Made by a program: the position numbers and the translations under genes. Positions 63,999 through 64,000 of a stretch of DNA of 64,000 bases are shown piece by piece (position 1 is the first letter of the stretch; the number at the start of each line of letters is the position of its first letter). The DNA is from Deinococcales bacterium (GTDB lineage Bacteria; Deinococcota; Deinococci; Deinococcales; JAAFIG01): assembly GCA_043778225.1 (NCBI GenBank), contig JAYWGM010000051.1, positions 1-64,000 of the forward strand, given 5' to 3'. The notes beneath the pieces are model-generated. The model ran no database searches and was not told the origin of the DNA. It saw nothing but the letters and a program-made list of their open reading frames with translations.

Positions 63999-64000
63999 AT

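Overview
Chromosomal window from a bacterium that looks like Deinococcota. This is inferred from the gene content (DRB0094-type RNA ligase, split KdpD, roadblock proteins, BTAD-AAA-TPR regulators) and from many leaderless genes with a TANNNT box just upstream of the start. Housekeeping genes include clpA, guaA, a GH3 hexosaminidase, rnhB, kptA, a FemABX ligase, dnaX and tRNA-Pro(UGG). Accessory genes include three vapBC-type modules, two SARP/AfsR-like regulators, two paralogous 1.1-kaa surface lipoproteins, an RCC1 lipoprotein and a truncated RelA/SpoT-domain gene at the right edge. The palindrome CTCGAG is strongly over-represented. Best candidates for undescribed biology: (i) a self-contained transcription unit at 57.5-58.0 kb with three micro-ORFs, an internal terminator and an overlapping-frame pair; (ii) paralogous lipoproteins conserved up to an HFS autoproteolysis-like motif and variable after it, behind duplicated promoters with 11-bp-period SARP-type boxes; (iii) a short repeat shared inside two unrelated coding regions; (iv) a roughly 60-nt promoter-terminator sRNA converging on the alarmone synthetase gene; (v) an A9 slippage site in dnaX. 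All calls come from reading the sequence by eye; no searches were run.
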